Assembly: GCA_042219045.1 (NCBI GenBank)
Contig: JBDGQO010000099.1
Location: 13,205 to 28,172 of the forward strand
DNA length: 14,968 bases
Direction: 5' to 3'
DNA from: Candidatus Bipolaricaulia bacterium
GTDB lineage: Bacteria > Bipolaricaulota > Bipolaricaulia > RBG-16-55-9
Position numbers and translations under genes: made by a program. Positions 1 through 8,225 of this stretch are shown here, in pieces. Every line of letters starts with the position of its first letter. The stretch's first letter is position 1. A model generated the notes under the pieces. It was not told where the DNA came from, searched no databases, and saw nothing but the letters and a program-made list of their open reading frames with translations.

Positions 1-635
1 CGACCGCCCAGTGGCTCCACGTCTCGGGCTACCTGCTGTTCACTCATGCTGGCCGTACGGCGTTCGCCGAAGCCATTGATCGAGCCCAGCAGGCCAGCGT
101 CCCCGTCAGCGTCGACGTCGGCATCGGGGCGGCTCTGGCGGGCCATCGAGGGCAGCTCCGAGAGCGCCTGACCGCCATCGACATGCTGCTGGCCGATGAG
201 GCCGAACTGGCGATCGTGACGGGCGAGGACGATCCGGAGACCGCAACACGCATTGCTCGCGCAAAGGGGACAAGAGCGGTCATCGTCAAGCGCGGCGCCG
301 CTGGGTGCCGAGCCGCCACGGACGACGACGAATGGACGTTGCGCGCCCCCGAGGTTGATCCGGTCGACGCCACCGGGGCTGGCGACGCGTTCAGCGCCGG
401 CGTCATCGCCGGTCGGTTAGGAGGCCTGGACTGGCGACCCGCCGTGTGGCTCGCCAACGCACTGGGAGGTCTGAGCGTCAGATGCCACGGCGCCGGCCGC
501 GCCCTTCCGGATCGAGCTCAACTCATCAACGCCATTCAAGCGCAGGCCCCGTCGGACAACGGATCCCCTGGAACGGCCGAACTGGCATCGCTGATCGAGC
601 AGTTGGGCAACCCGCATGGCAACCAGCGTGGCTAA
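1..635 (+). CDS. PfkB/ribokinase-family carbohydrate or nucleoside kinase (5' end outside window)
   Basis: The frame is open from position 3 (TAQWLHVSGYLL...VPVSVDVG...), upstream of the listed ATG at 183. Motifs: DxxE (LADEAEL), VIVKRGAAG and the PfkB signature VDATGAGDAFSAG. Stop TAA at 633-635. Confidence 0.9.
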   Translation, partial: TAQWLHVSGYLLFTHAGRTAFAEAIDRAQQASVPVSVDVGIGAALAGHRGQLRERLTAIDMLLADEAELAIVTGEDDPETATRIARAKGTRAVIVKRGAAGCRAATDDDEWTLRAPEVDPVDATGAGDAFSAGVIAGRLGGLDWRPAVWLANALGGLSVRCHGAGRALPDRAQLINAIQAQAPSDNGSPGTAELASLIEQLGNPHGNQRG

Positions 636-668
636 ATCCCCGACACTTTGGCACGAGGAGGAACTCGC

Positions 669-1517
669 ATGACCGCCCCCTGGCGCGAACGACTGAACGG
701 GCTGCAGTTGGACAGCCTGAGCGAGATGTTCGACGTGGCCAAGCCGATCATCGGCATGGTCCATCTCTGGCCCATGCCCGGCTCGCCGGGCTACGACGGC
801 TACGGCATGGAGACGATCATCGAGCGGGCGCTCGAAGACGCGGAGGCGCTCGTCGAGGGCGGCGTCGACGGGATTATCGTGGAGAACATGTGGGATCTGC
901 CCTACTACGTCGGCACGGATACCCCCTTGGAGACGATGACGTGCCAGTCCGTGGCCGCCCGGGAGGTCGTCGAGGCAGTCGACGTCCCCGTCGGGATCAA
1001 CGTCGTCCACAACGGGGGCGAGGTCGAACTGGCCATCGCCGTCGCATCGGGAGCCGACTTCGTTCGGGTCTGCGTGCTGTCGGGCGCGCGGCTCTGGGAC
1101 ACGGGCGACTTCGACGGCGGCTGCGCGGCCGATCTGTTGCGCAAGCGCAAGGCGCTCGACGCCGAGCATCTCAAGCTGTTTGCCGACGTCGACAAGAAGC
1201 ACTCGGTGCCCTTTCCGGGGCTGGACATGGCCACGCACATCGAGTGGACGGAGTTCTTCTTGGCCGATGCGCTCATCGCCTCGGGCCAGATGACCGGCTC
1301 AGCCCCCGACCTCAACTACGTCAGCCAGGCCAAGGAGCTGGCATCCCGGCCGCTGCTGTTGGGCAGCGGCACCTCGGCGGACAACATCGGGGAATTTTTG
1401 CAGCTTGCCGACGGGGCGATCGTGGGTTCCTCGATTAAGCGCGACGGCGTCGCGGAGAACTCGGTGGATCCGGAGCGCGTTCGGCGCTACATGGACGCGG
1501 CGGCCTCGGCAAGATAG
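669..1517 (+). CDS. BtpA/SgcQ family TIM-barrel protein
   Basis: Family motifs: KPIIGMVHLWPMPGSP, DAEALVEGGVDGIIVENMWDLPY, PVGINVVHN, ADFVRV, FADVDKKHS, ADALIASGQMTG, LLGSG and DGAIVGSSIK. ATG 669 follows the SD GAGGAGG at 655-661. Confidence 0.9.
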   Translation: MTAPWRERLNGLQLDSLSEMFDVAKPIIGMVHLWPMPGSPGYDGYGMETIIERALEDAEALVEGGVDGIIVENMWDLPYYVGTDTPLETMTCQSVAAREVVEAVDVPVGINVVHNGGEVELAIAVASGADFVRVCVLSGARLWDTGDFDGGCAADLLRKRKALDAEHLKLFADVDKKHSVPFPGLDMATHIEWTEFFLADALIASGQMTGSAPDLNYVSQAKELASRPLLLGSGTSADNIGEFLQLADGAIVGSSIKRDGVAENSVDPERVRRYMDAAASAR

Positions 1518-1543
1518 TCGGGATCGCGGCGAGGAACGGCCGG

Positions 1544-1573
1544 TTGACAATCGGCATTGATTGCGGATAGAGT
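1544..1573 (+). promoter_or_regulatory. Putative sigma70 promoter for the BMP gene: TTGACA-N18-TAGAGT
   Basis: Perfect -35 at 1544-1549 and a TAnnnT -10 at 1568-1573. The small palindrome CAATC-N6-GATTG (1548-1563) overlaps the spacer. Confidence 0.55.
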
Positions 1574-1830
1574 CCCAATGTTGGTCGATATGCTCAAAAA
1601 CGGGGCCGATCTGACGTGACGACATCCGCTTACCGACTCAGCAGATCGCCTGGCTGCATCCACTCATATCCGCAAGTCGATCCCCGACCACCGACGTTGC
1701 ATCCCACATCAATGGGGGGGTGATTCCAGCGCCGAATATCCCACCGAACAGAAGCGGAAAGCGGGTCGAGCCACGCAGGCGAGAATAACGAGGTTCCAAA
1801 CTACCGAAAATTGAAGGGAGCGATCGATAT

Positions 1831-3036
1831 ATGGTCAAACCGAACCTTCGAGTCCTCCGAATGACGGCGCTCATCGCGCTGATTGCCGTCATCGGCGCCG
1901 GGCTCTCCATCGGCTTTACCCCGAACCAAGCGTCAGCTCAGGACGTGGGCAAGATCTGCATGTCCACCGACGTCGGCGGCCGGGGCGACCTGAGCTTCAA
2001 CGACATGGCCTTCCAGGGCGTCGAGCAGGCCGAGTCCGAGTTCGGCCTGGAGAAGCAAGTTGCCCAACCCTCTAGCGAGAGCGACTACTTGCCAACGTTG
2101 CGCCAGTTCGCCCGTTCGGGCGAGTGTGGCATCATCATTGCCGTCGGGTCGCTGTTGGGCGACGCCGTCAACCAAGCCGCCCAGGAGTTCCCGGACCAGA
2201 ACTTCGCGCTCATCGACGGGGTCGTTGATCAGCCGAACGTGCTCAGTCTGGTCTTCAAGGAGCAAGAGGTCAGTGCCGTCGTCGGGGCCCTCGGCGCGAT
2301 GATCGCCGCCGAGTTCGGCTTCGATCGCGTCGGCATCGTGCTCGGCATCGAGATCCCGGTGCTCTGGCGCTTCGAAGCCGGGTATCGCTTCGGCATCGCC
2401 CAGGGCGAGCAGATGTATGAAAGCGTAACCGGCGAGAAGGTCGACATCGGCCTATCTCAGCAATACACCGGCACGTTCAGTGACGTCGCTGCCGGCAAGT
2501 CGGCAGCCCAGAGCCAATTGGCCCAGGGCGCGGCGACCGTCTTCAACGTGGCCGGCCCGCTCGGCACGGGCATCCTCGAGGCCGTCAAGGAGAAACTCGA
2601 CCAAGAGGGCAAGAGCGCTGGTCCGCCGTTCATGATCGGCGTCGACGCCAACCAGGACTGGCTGGGCAACGGCAACAAGGTCGTCGCCAGCGCCATGAAG
2701 CGCGTGGACACGGCTGCGTTTACCGCCGTCCAGCGCGTCGTCAACGGCAACTTTAAGGGCGAGACGATCACCTTCGGCCTCGCCGACGGCGGCGTCGGCA
2801 TGAGCCGGTTTGCCGACCTGCAGGAGTTCATCCAGTTCGGCCTGGACTCCGGCGAGATCACCGAGGATCAAGTCCCCACAATCCGCCAGAACTGGCTGGA
2901 GATGCGCGAGAGCATCCCACACTACATCTGGGACTCCGTCAACCACTTAGAAAACCAGATCGTCGAGGGCGAGGTCACACCGCCGTCTCCCCAGAACGAG
3001 AGCGACATCGAGGAAGTCCGCGAGCAGTACCCGTAA
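1831..3036 (+). CDS. BMP/PnrA-family ABC substrate-binding protein (probably nucleoside-binding)
   Basis: Motifs: TDVGGRGDLSFN, FALID, FKEQE, RFEAGY, YTGTFSD, AGPLGTG, IGVDANQ and SAMKRVD. N-terminal signal peptide ending ASA-Q. SD GAAGGGAG at 1813-1820. Confidence 0.92.
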   Translation: MVKPNLRVLRMTALIALIAVIGAGLSIGFTPNQASAQDVGKICMSTDVGGRGDLSFNDMAFQGVEQAESEFGLEKQVAQPSSESDYLPTLRQFARSGECGIIIAVGSLLGDAVNQAAQEFPDQNFALIDGVVDQPNVLSLVFKEQEVSAVVGALGAMIAAEFGFDRVGIVLGIEIPVLWRFEAGYRFGIAQGEQMYESVTGEKVDIGLSQQYTGTFSDVAAGKSAAQSQLAQGAATVFNVAGPLGTGILEAVKEKLDQEGKSAGPPFMIGVDANQDWLGNGNKVVASAMKRVDTAAFTAVQRVVNGNFKGETITFGLADGGVGMSRFADLQEFIQFGLDSGEITEDQVPTIRQNWLEMRESIPHYIWDSVNHLENQIVEGEVTPPSPQNESDIEEVREQYP

Positions 3037-3049
3037 CGCAAATCAACCT

Positions 3050-3104
3050 ATAACGGAAGCGAGGCCCACCTGGGGGGTGCCCCGGTGGGCCTCGCTTTTG
3101 TTAT
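3050..3104 (+). terminator. Strong hairpin after the binding-protein gene (intrinsic terminator or mRNA stabiliser)
   Basis: ATAACGGAAGCGAGGCCCACC (3050-3070) pairs with GGTGGGCCTCGCTTTTGTTAT (3084-3104), giving 21 bp with two G-U pairs. The 3' arm ends in a U-rich tract (TTTTGTTAT). Confidence 0.8.
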
Positions 3105-3105
3105 C

Positions 3106-3114
3106 TGATACCCT
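3106..3114 (+). promoter_or_regulatory. Putative extended -10 promoter TGaTACCCT, 7 nt upstream of ATG 3122
   Basis: TGnTAnnnT pattern directly after the hairpin, with no SD before ATG 3122. Confidence 0.4.
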
Positions 3115-3121
3115 AACCGCC

Positions 3122-4696
3122 ATGACCGCCGATCAGGGCCAGGAAACGTCCACAAACGCCAACAAACAGACCGGCATGGGTCGAGAACTGCTGCGTTCCG
3201 AAGGCGTCTCCAAAGGCTTCCCCGGCGTATGGGGCCATCTGATTCTTGACGCAATCGACTTTGACGTGCAAGCGGGAGAGGTCCATACGCTGCTCGGCGA
3301 AAACGGGGCCGGGAAAACCGTCCTCGCCAATATCCTGTCAGGGTTTTATTCCAGCACGGGCGGCCAGGTCTACATCAAAGGCCAGCCTGTGGAGCTGAAT
3401 TCCCCGAAAGATGGCCTCAAGCATGGCGTCGGCATGATCCACCAGGAGGTCATGCTGGCTGGACCCTACACGGTCGCGGAGAACGTCTTGTTGGGGCTGG
3501 ACGGGTCCGCATTTGAGTTTCCCCTGCGCAAAATCGAGCGCGACATCGCCGAGCTCTCGGAGCGCTATGGCCTCCACGTCGACCCGAAGGCCCGCGTGGA
3601 GGACTTGGCCGCCGGCGAACAGCAACGCGCAGAAATTTTAAAAGTTCTCTATCATCGACCCGACGTCATTCTCTTGGACGAGCCGACGGCGCTGCTCACC
3701 CCGGATGAGGCCCGCCAACTCGTCCGCGTGCTGCGCGAGATGGCCGAAGAAGGCTTCGGGATCGTCTACATCACCCACAAGATGGAGGAGATCATGTCGG
3801 TCTCCGACCGCATCACGGTCCTGAAACTGGGCCAGATCAGCGGCACGCGAACCATCGACGAGGCGGACGAAAACGAACTGACTCAGATGATGATGGGCGA
3901 GACGATTCCCATTGAGTTGGAGCGGGCAACCCTGGAGTCGCAGCAACCCGGACTGGAGGTCGACAACCTGCACGTCAGCCTGCCGGGACGAGGCGAGGCG
4001 CTGCGCGGGGTGTCGTTTGCGCTCAATACGGGCGAGATTCTCGGCGTCGCCGGCGTGTCCGGAAACGGCCAAGCCGAGCTGATCGAGGCGATCACGGGCC
4101 TGCGTCACGTTGATCAAGGCCGAGTCCGGATCCTTGACGAGGATCTGACCAACGCCACGCCGCTGGAGGTCATCAATCAGGGCGTCTCGCATATTCCGGA
4201 AAAGCGGCGGACCATGGGCGTCGTGGAGCAGATGACCGTGGCGGAGAACATGGTTCTGAAAGACCATCGGACCGAACCGTTCGCCCGCAACGGCATCTTG
4301 AACCGCAAGGCGATCACGGATCACTCCCAGAAGCTCAAGGACGAGTTCAATCTCATCGCGCCCGATCTCTGGCAGACGGAGTCGCGGATCCTCTCCGGCG
4401 GCAACATCCAGAGGCTGTTGTTGGGGCGCGAGACCTGGCGGGAACCGCCCGTGATCATCGCGTCTCACCCGACGCACGGCCTCGATCGGCGTGCCGTGCG
4501 CCAGACCTGGGAGCTGTTCATCGACCTGCGCGACAAGGGATCCGCCATTTTGCTCGTCTCCGAAGACCTGGAAGAGGTCCTGTCGCTCTCCGATCGCGTG
4601 GCGGTCATCTACAACGGGCAGTTCATGGATATTCTGGACGGTGACAAGGCGGACTACGAAGGCGTCGGCAAGCTGATGGCGGGGGTGCACCCGTGA
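3122..4696 (+). CDS. Nucleoside/sugar (CUT2-type) ABC transporter ATP-binding protein with two ABC domains
   Basis: Walker A GENGAGKT, Walker B ILLDEPT, H-loop ITHK. Second domain has a degenerate Walker A (GVSGNGQ), signature LSGGNIQ and SEDLEE. The listed GTG 3077 lies inside the hairpin loop, so ATG 3122 (or 3176) is preferred. Confidence 0.93.
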   Translation: MTADQGQETSTNANKQTGMGRELLRSEGVSKGFPGVWGHLILDAIDFDVQAGEVHTLLGENGAGKTVLANILSGFYSSTGGQVYIKGQPVELNSPKDGLKHGVGMIHQEVMLAGPYTVAENVLLGLDGSAFEFPLRKIERDIAELSERYGLHVDPKARVEDLAAGEQQRAEILKVLYHRPDVILLDEPTALLTPDEARQLVRVLREMAEEGFGIVYITHKMEEIMSVSDRITVLKLGQISGTRTIDEADENELTQMMMGETIPIELERATLESQQPGLEVDNLHVSLPGRGEALRGVSFALNTGEILGVAGVSGNGQAELIEAITGLRHVDQGRVRILDEDLTNATPLEVINQGVSHIPEKRRTMGVVEQMTVAENMVLKDHRTEPFARNGILNRKAITDHSQKLKDEFNLIAPDLWQTESRILSGGNIQRLLLGRETWREPPVIIASHPTHGLDRRAVRQTWELFIDLRDKGSAILLVSEDLEEVLSLSDRVAVIYNGQFMDILDGDKADYEGVGKLMAGVHP

Positions 4697-5787
4697 GGTT
4701 CCTCCGGTTGTTGCTACCGGTCGGCTATTCCGCGTTTGCGGCCGCCGTCGGCCTGCTCACCGGCGTCCTCATCATGTGGCTGACGGGCTATGATCCCGGA
4801 TCCGCCTACGGAGCCCTCTATGAAGGCGTCTTCCGCAACGTCTTTGACGGCGAACTGGGCAACGAGTGGGGACTTTACGATACGCTCGGCACCGCGGTTC
4901 CCATCATGCTGACGGGGCTGACGTTTGCGATTGGCATCCGGGGCGGGGTGTTCAACATCGGCGCCGAAGGCCAGGTCTACGCCGGCGCGGTCGCCGCCGT
5001 GGCCGCCAGTCTCTTTGTGTTGCCCCCAGGTCTCCATCACGCCGTGGCCATTGCGTTCGGCATGCTCGCTGGGGCGCTTTGGGCGCTGCCGGTCTCGCTC
5101 CTCAAAGTCACCCGCGGCGTCCATGAGGTCATCTCCACCATTATGCTCAATCGCATCGGGCTGTTCGTGGGGATGTACTTCGTCACGGAATTTCTGGGCA
5201 ATCCGGAGCAGGCGCAACAGACGATCAGCACCGCCGAATCCGCACAGTTTCCGGCGATTATGCCCGGCACCAGCCTCACCTACGCGGCGATTGTGCCGCT
5301 TGTGGTCGCCGTGCTCGTCTTTTTCTTCCTGTGGCGAACGACGTTCGGCTACCGCATACGCGTCGTCGGCTACAACCCCTATGCCGCGCGCTACGCGGGC
5401 ATGAGCGAGAGCTCCACCGTTAACGCCACGTTCTGGCTTGGCGGCATGGCGGCCGGCCTCGCCGGGGCCCTGACCATCATCGGTGGGCCTCCGAGCTACG
5501 CCCTATCCGCCGATCTGTCGACCGTGACGGATCTGGGCTTTGACGGCATCGGGGTGGCGCTCATCGGTCGGAACCATCCGATCGGGATCATCTTTGCCGC
5601 GCTGTTTTTCGCCGCGCTTAACGTTGGCGGTTTGACCATGCAGATCTCGTCGAACGTGCCTCAAGAGATAGTCCAGGTGATTCAAGGCGTGATCATCCTG
5701 ATCCTGGCTGCCCCGGAACTGCTTCGCATTGCGCGCAACCTGTTCAATCGGCGCTCGTCCGACACTGAGGAGGCTCCGTCGTCATGA
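4693..5787 (+). CDS. Nucleoside ABC transporter permease 1 (BPD_transp_2 type)
   Basis: Hydrophobic protein with FNIGAEGQ, HEVISTIMLN, GYNPYAARYAG and GFDGIGVALIGRNHP. GTGA overlap with the ATPase stop. Confidence 0.92.
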   Translation: MRFLRLLLPVGYSAFAAAVGLLTGVLIMWLTGYDPGSAYGALYEGVFRNVFDGELGNEWGLYDTLGTAVPIMLTGLTFAIGIRGGVFNIGAEGQVYAGAVAAVAASLFVLPPGLHHAVAIAFGMLAGALWALPVSLLKVTRGVHEVISTIMLNRIGLFVGMYFVTEFLGNPEQAQQTISTAESAQFPAIMPGTSLTYAAIVPLVVAVLVFFFLWRTTFGYRIRVVGYNPYAARYAGMSESSTVNATFWLGGMAAGLAGALTIIGGPPSYALSADLSTVTDLGFDGIGVALIGRNHPIGIIFAALFFAALNVGGLTMQISSNVPQEIVQVIQGVIILILAAPELLRIARNLFNRRSSDTEEAPSS

Positions 5788-5876
5788 CCCACTGCAAGTG
5801 GATCCCGACAGCGTTGCGACCCAAGGAGCCGCGGCACATCAATTCCAATGTTCTGGCGCATTGGGAGGCCAGCTGA
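5784..5876 (+). other. 30-codon mini-ORF between the permeases (MTHCKWIPTALRPKEPRHINSNVLAHWEAS)
   Basis: ATGA overlap with the permease 1 stop and SD GAGGAGG at 5767-5773. Its TGA (5874-5876) ends 1 nt before ATG 5878. No recognisable homology. Confidence 0.3.
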
Positions 5877-5877
5877 G

Positions 5878-6888
5878 ATGTTCACCCGTATGCTCGGATT
5901 CGGGGCCGTCGGCCTTATTGGCCTCGCGATCGCCGCGGTCCTCTACTTGGTCATCGACGCCCTAAGTTTCTCCGAGTTCCTGCAGATCGGCGTCATTGCG
6001 CTCAGCGCCATGGTGCCCGTCACGTTGGCAGCAGTTGGTGAAATCATCGGCGAGCGGGCCGGCGTCATCAACATTGGGCTGGAAGGCATCTTGCTCATAA
6101 GCGCCATCGTCGGCGCCTACGCCGCGGAGCAGGGCGGCACCTATCTCGGGGAGGCCCTGGCCCCCTTCATTGGGCTATTGGCCGGCATTCTTGTAGGGCT
6201 GATCCTCGGGATGCTGCATGGCCTCGTCAGCGTGTACTGGAAAGGCAATCACATCATCAGCGGTGTCGGCATTAACCTGCTTGGGGCCGGCTTTGTCGCC
6301 TTCGGGTTGATCGCCCTTTGGGGCATCGCTGGCTATCACCCCGTGCCGTCCTGGGCTCGCATGCCCCAGCTTCCCACGCCCTATGGCGGCATCAGTTATG
6401 TCACGTTCTTGACCCTGGCGCTAGCCGTCGCGGTCTATTGGCTTGTGTATCGGACCAAGCTGGGCATCCGCATCGGCGTCGTCGGAGAGCATCCGCGCTC
6501 TGCTGACGTCGCCGGCGTGAACGTCGACGCAACGCGGTTCTGGGCGACCGCCATTGGGGCCTCGTTCGCCGGCCTCGGCGGGGCATTTATGAGCCTCGAT
6601 TGGTTCGGCGTCGTCACCAGCGAGCTAGCCGCCGGGCGCGGCTTCATCGGTCTGGCCACGGTCGTGTTTAGCAAGTTGAATCCCTTGCTTGCCATCGTCG
6701 GTGGCCTGATCTTTGGCTTCTTCGACAGCCTCGCCGTGTGGGTCTCCAACTCCTCCGAGCTGAAGCAGGTGCTGCCCTGGCAGTTCGTTCGGACGCTGCC
6801 CTATGTGGTGACGCTGTTGGCCGTCGCCGGCGCGTTGGGGCGCGCCCGCTTCCCGAGCAAGCTCGGCGAACCGTATTACCGCGAATAG
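5878..6888 (+). CDS. Nucleoside ABC transporter permease 2
   Basis: Motifs: GEIIGERAGVINIGLEG, ISGVGINL, GEHPRSADVAGVNV, AGRGFIGLA, LPYVVTL and PSKLGEPY. SD GGGAGG at 5863-5868 favours ATG 5878 over 5848. Confidence 0.92.
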   Translation: MFTRMLGFGAVGLIGLAIAAVLYLVIDALSFSEFLQIGVIALSAMVPVTLAAVGEIIGERAGVINIGLEGILLISAIVGAYAAEQGGTYLGEALAPFIGLLAGILVGLILGMLHGLVSVYWKGNHIISGVGINLLGAGFVAFGLIALWGIAGYHPVPSWARMPQLPTPYGGISYVTFLTLALAVAVYWLVYRTKLGIRIGVVGEHPRSADVAGVNVDATRFWATAIGASFAGLGGAFMSLDWFGVVTSELAAGRGFIGLATVVFSKLNPLLAIVGGLIFGFFDSLAVWVSNSSELKQVLPWQFVRTLPYVVTLLAVAGALGRARFPSKLGEPYYRE

Positions 6889-6920
6889 CCTCAACCCGAG
6901 GGTAGCACCGTGTTGGCGCG

Positions 6921-8225
6921 TCACGCGATCCGCTCGTGGATCAACGCGGGCGCTTCAACCCGCTCGTCGCCGATCTCAAACCCCGCCAGGAGCCGGTCCG
7001 TGGCGTCGGACAACGAGGGCCGACCGTTGACGTGCAGGTGCGCCAGGGGATCGCCAGCGCTGACAGCGTCCCCGATCTTCGCGTTCAGGACGACGCCAAC
7101 GGCATGATCGATCGACTCCCCCTTCGCGATCCGGCCGGCACCTAGAAGATTGGCCACCTCGCCGACCGCACGCGCGTTCAGCGCCTGCACGACGCCATTG
7201 CGCGGGGCTTCCACGGTCACCTGCTCGACCGCCTGGGGAAGCTCGCTGACGTCGTCAATGACACTTTCGTCGCCGTCCTGCGCACGGACCATAGCCAGGA
7301 ACTGCTCATAGGCCGAGCCGTCGTCGATATGCCGGCGAAGCCGAGCGATGCCGTCTTCGGGGTCATTAGCCTCGCCAGCCATGACCAACAACTCGGCGCC
7401 CAACGCCAACGAGAGCGCTTCCACGTCCGATGGCCCGTTGCCCTGCAACGTCTCGACCGCCTCGCGCAGTTCAAGCGCGTTGCCGATCGTGTTGCCCAAT
7501 GGCTGCGACATGTCGGTCACCAGCGCCGCTGCTTGACGGCCCGCGCCCTGCCCCGTCTTGACGAGCAACTCGGCGATCTCCTTCATGCGCTCGTATTCCG
7601 GAAGTATCGCGCCGGCCCCCGTCTTGACGTCGAAGACCATCCCCTGCGAGCCAATCGCCAGCTTCTTGCTCAGGATGCTGCCGACGATCATGGGAATCGA
7701 CTCCACGGTGGCCGTGACGTCGCGCAGGGCGTAGAGCTTGTGGTCGGCCGGCGCGAGGTCCGCGCTGCTGTCGGCGATCACCAACCGATGTTCGCGCACG
7801 AGCGCCTGAAACCGATCAATCGACATGTCGGCACGGAAGCCGGGGATCGATTCCAGTTTGTCGATGGTTCCGCCGGTGTGGCCCAACCCGCGCCCCGAAA
7901 GCTTGCCCATGGCCAGCCCTGCCGCCGCGACCAAGGGCAGCAGAACAAGGGATATCTTGTCGCCGACGCCGCCCGTGCTGTGCTTGTCGCCGATGAACCC
8001 ATCAATATTGGGGAACTCAACCGTCTCGCCCGACTCGGCCATGGCCCGAGTGAGATGGAGCGTCTCGGCTTCGGTCATCCCCTGGAAATAGACGGCCATG
8101 GCGAACGCCGACATCTGGTAATCCGGAATCTCCTCGGCGCTGTAATGGTCGATGAGAAAGCGGATCTCGTCCTCGCTGAGCTCGTCGCCGCGGCGCTTCT
8201 TCTGGATCAGATCAAGCGTTCTCAT
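6921..8225 (-). CDS. pdp: Pyrimidine-nucleoside/thymidine phosphorylase
   Basis: Motifs: IQKKRRG, IPDYQMSA, DKHSTGGVGDK, KLSGRGLGHTGGTIDKLESIPGF, LYALRDVTATV, SILSKK and LGAGR. Confidence 0.96.
   Translation of the reverse strand: MRTLDLIQKKRRGDELSEDEIRFLIDHYSAEEIPDYQMSAFAMAVYFQGMTEAETLHLTRAMAESGETVEFPNIDGFIGDKHSTGGVGDKISLVLLPLVAAAGLAMGKLSGRGLGHTGGTIDKLESIPGFRADMSIDRFQALVREHRLVIADSSADLAPADHKLYALRDVTATVESIPMIVGSILSKKLAIGSQGMVFDVKTGAGAILPEYERMKEIAELLVKTGQGAGRQAAALVTDMSQPLGNTIGNALELREAVETLQGNGPSDVEALSLALGAELLVMAGEANDPEDGIARLRRHIDDGSAYEQFLAMVRAQDGDESVIDDVSELPQAVEQVTVEAPRNGVVQALNARAVGEVANLLGAGRIAKGESIDHAVGVVLNAKIGDAVSAGDPLAHLHVNGRPSLSDATDRLLAGFEIGDERVEAPALIHERIA

Noticed and set aside
1574..1830. 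Known purine or other riboswitch, or a tRNA, in the leader
   Set aside because: I could not recognise a conserved aptamer core, a cloverleaf or an expression-platform terminator by eye.
3050..3104. Inverted repeat as a MITE, REP or CRISPR unit
   Set aside because: It is a single copy with no target-site duplication or spacers. Its position and U-tract fit a terminator or stabiliser.
3590..4500. Non-canonical ABC motifs (LAAGEQ, GVSGNGQ, ASHPT) as signs of a pseudogene
   Set aside because: Degenerate motifs at one of the two sites are normal for tandem CUT2/nucleoside ABC ATPases, and the frame is intact.
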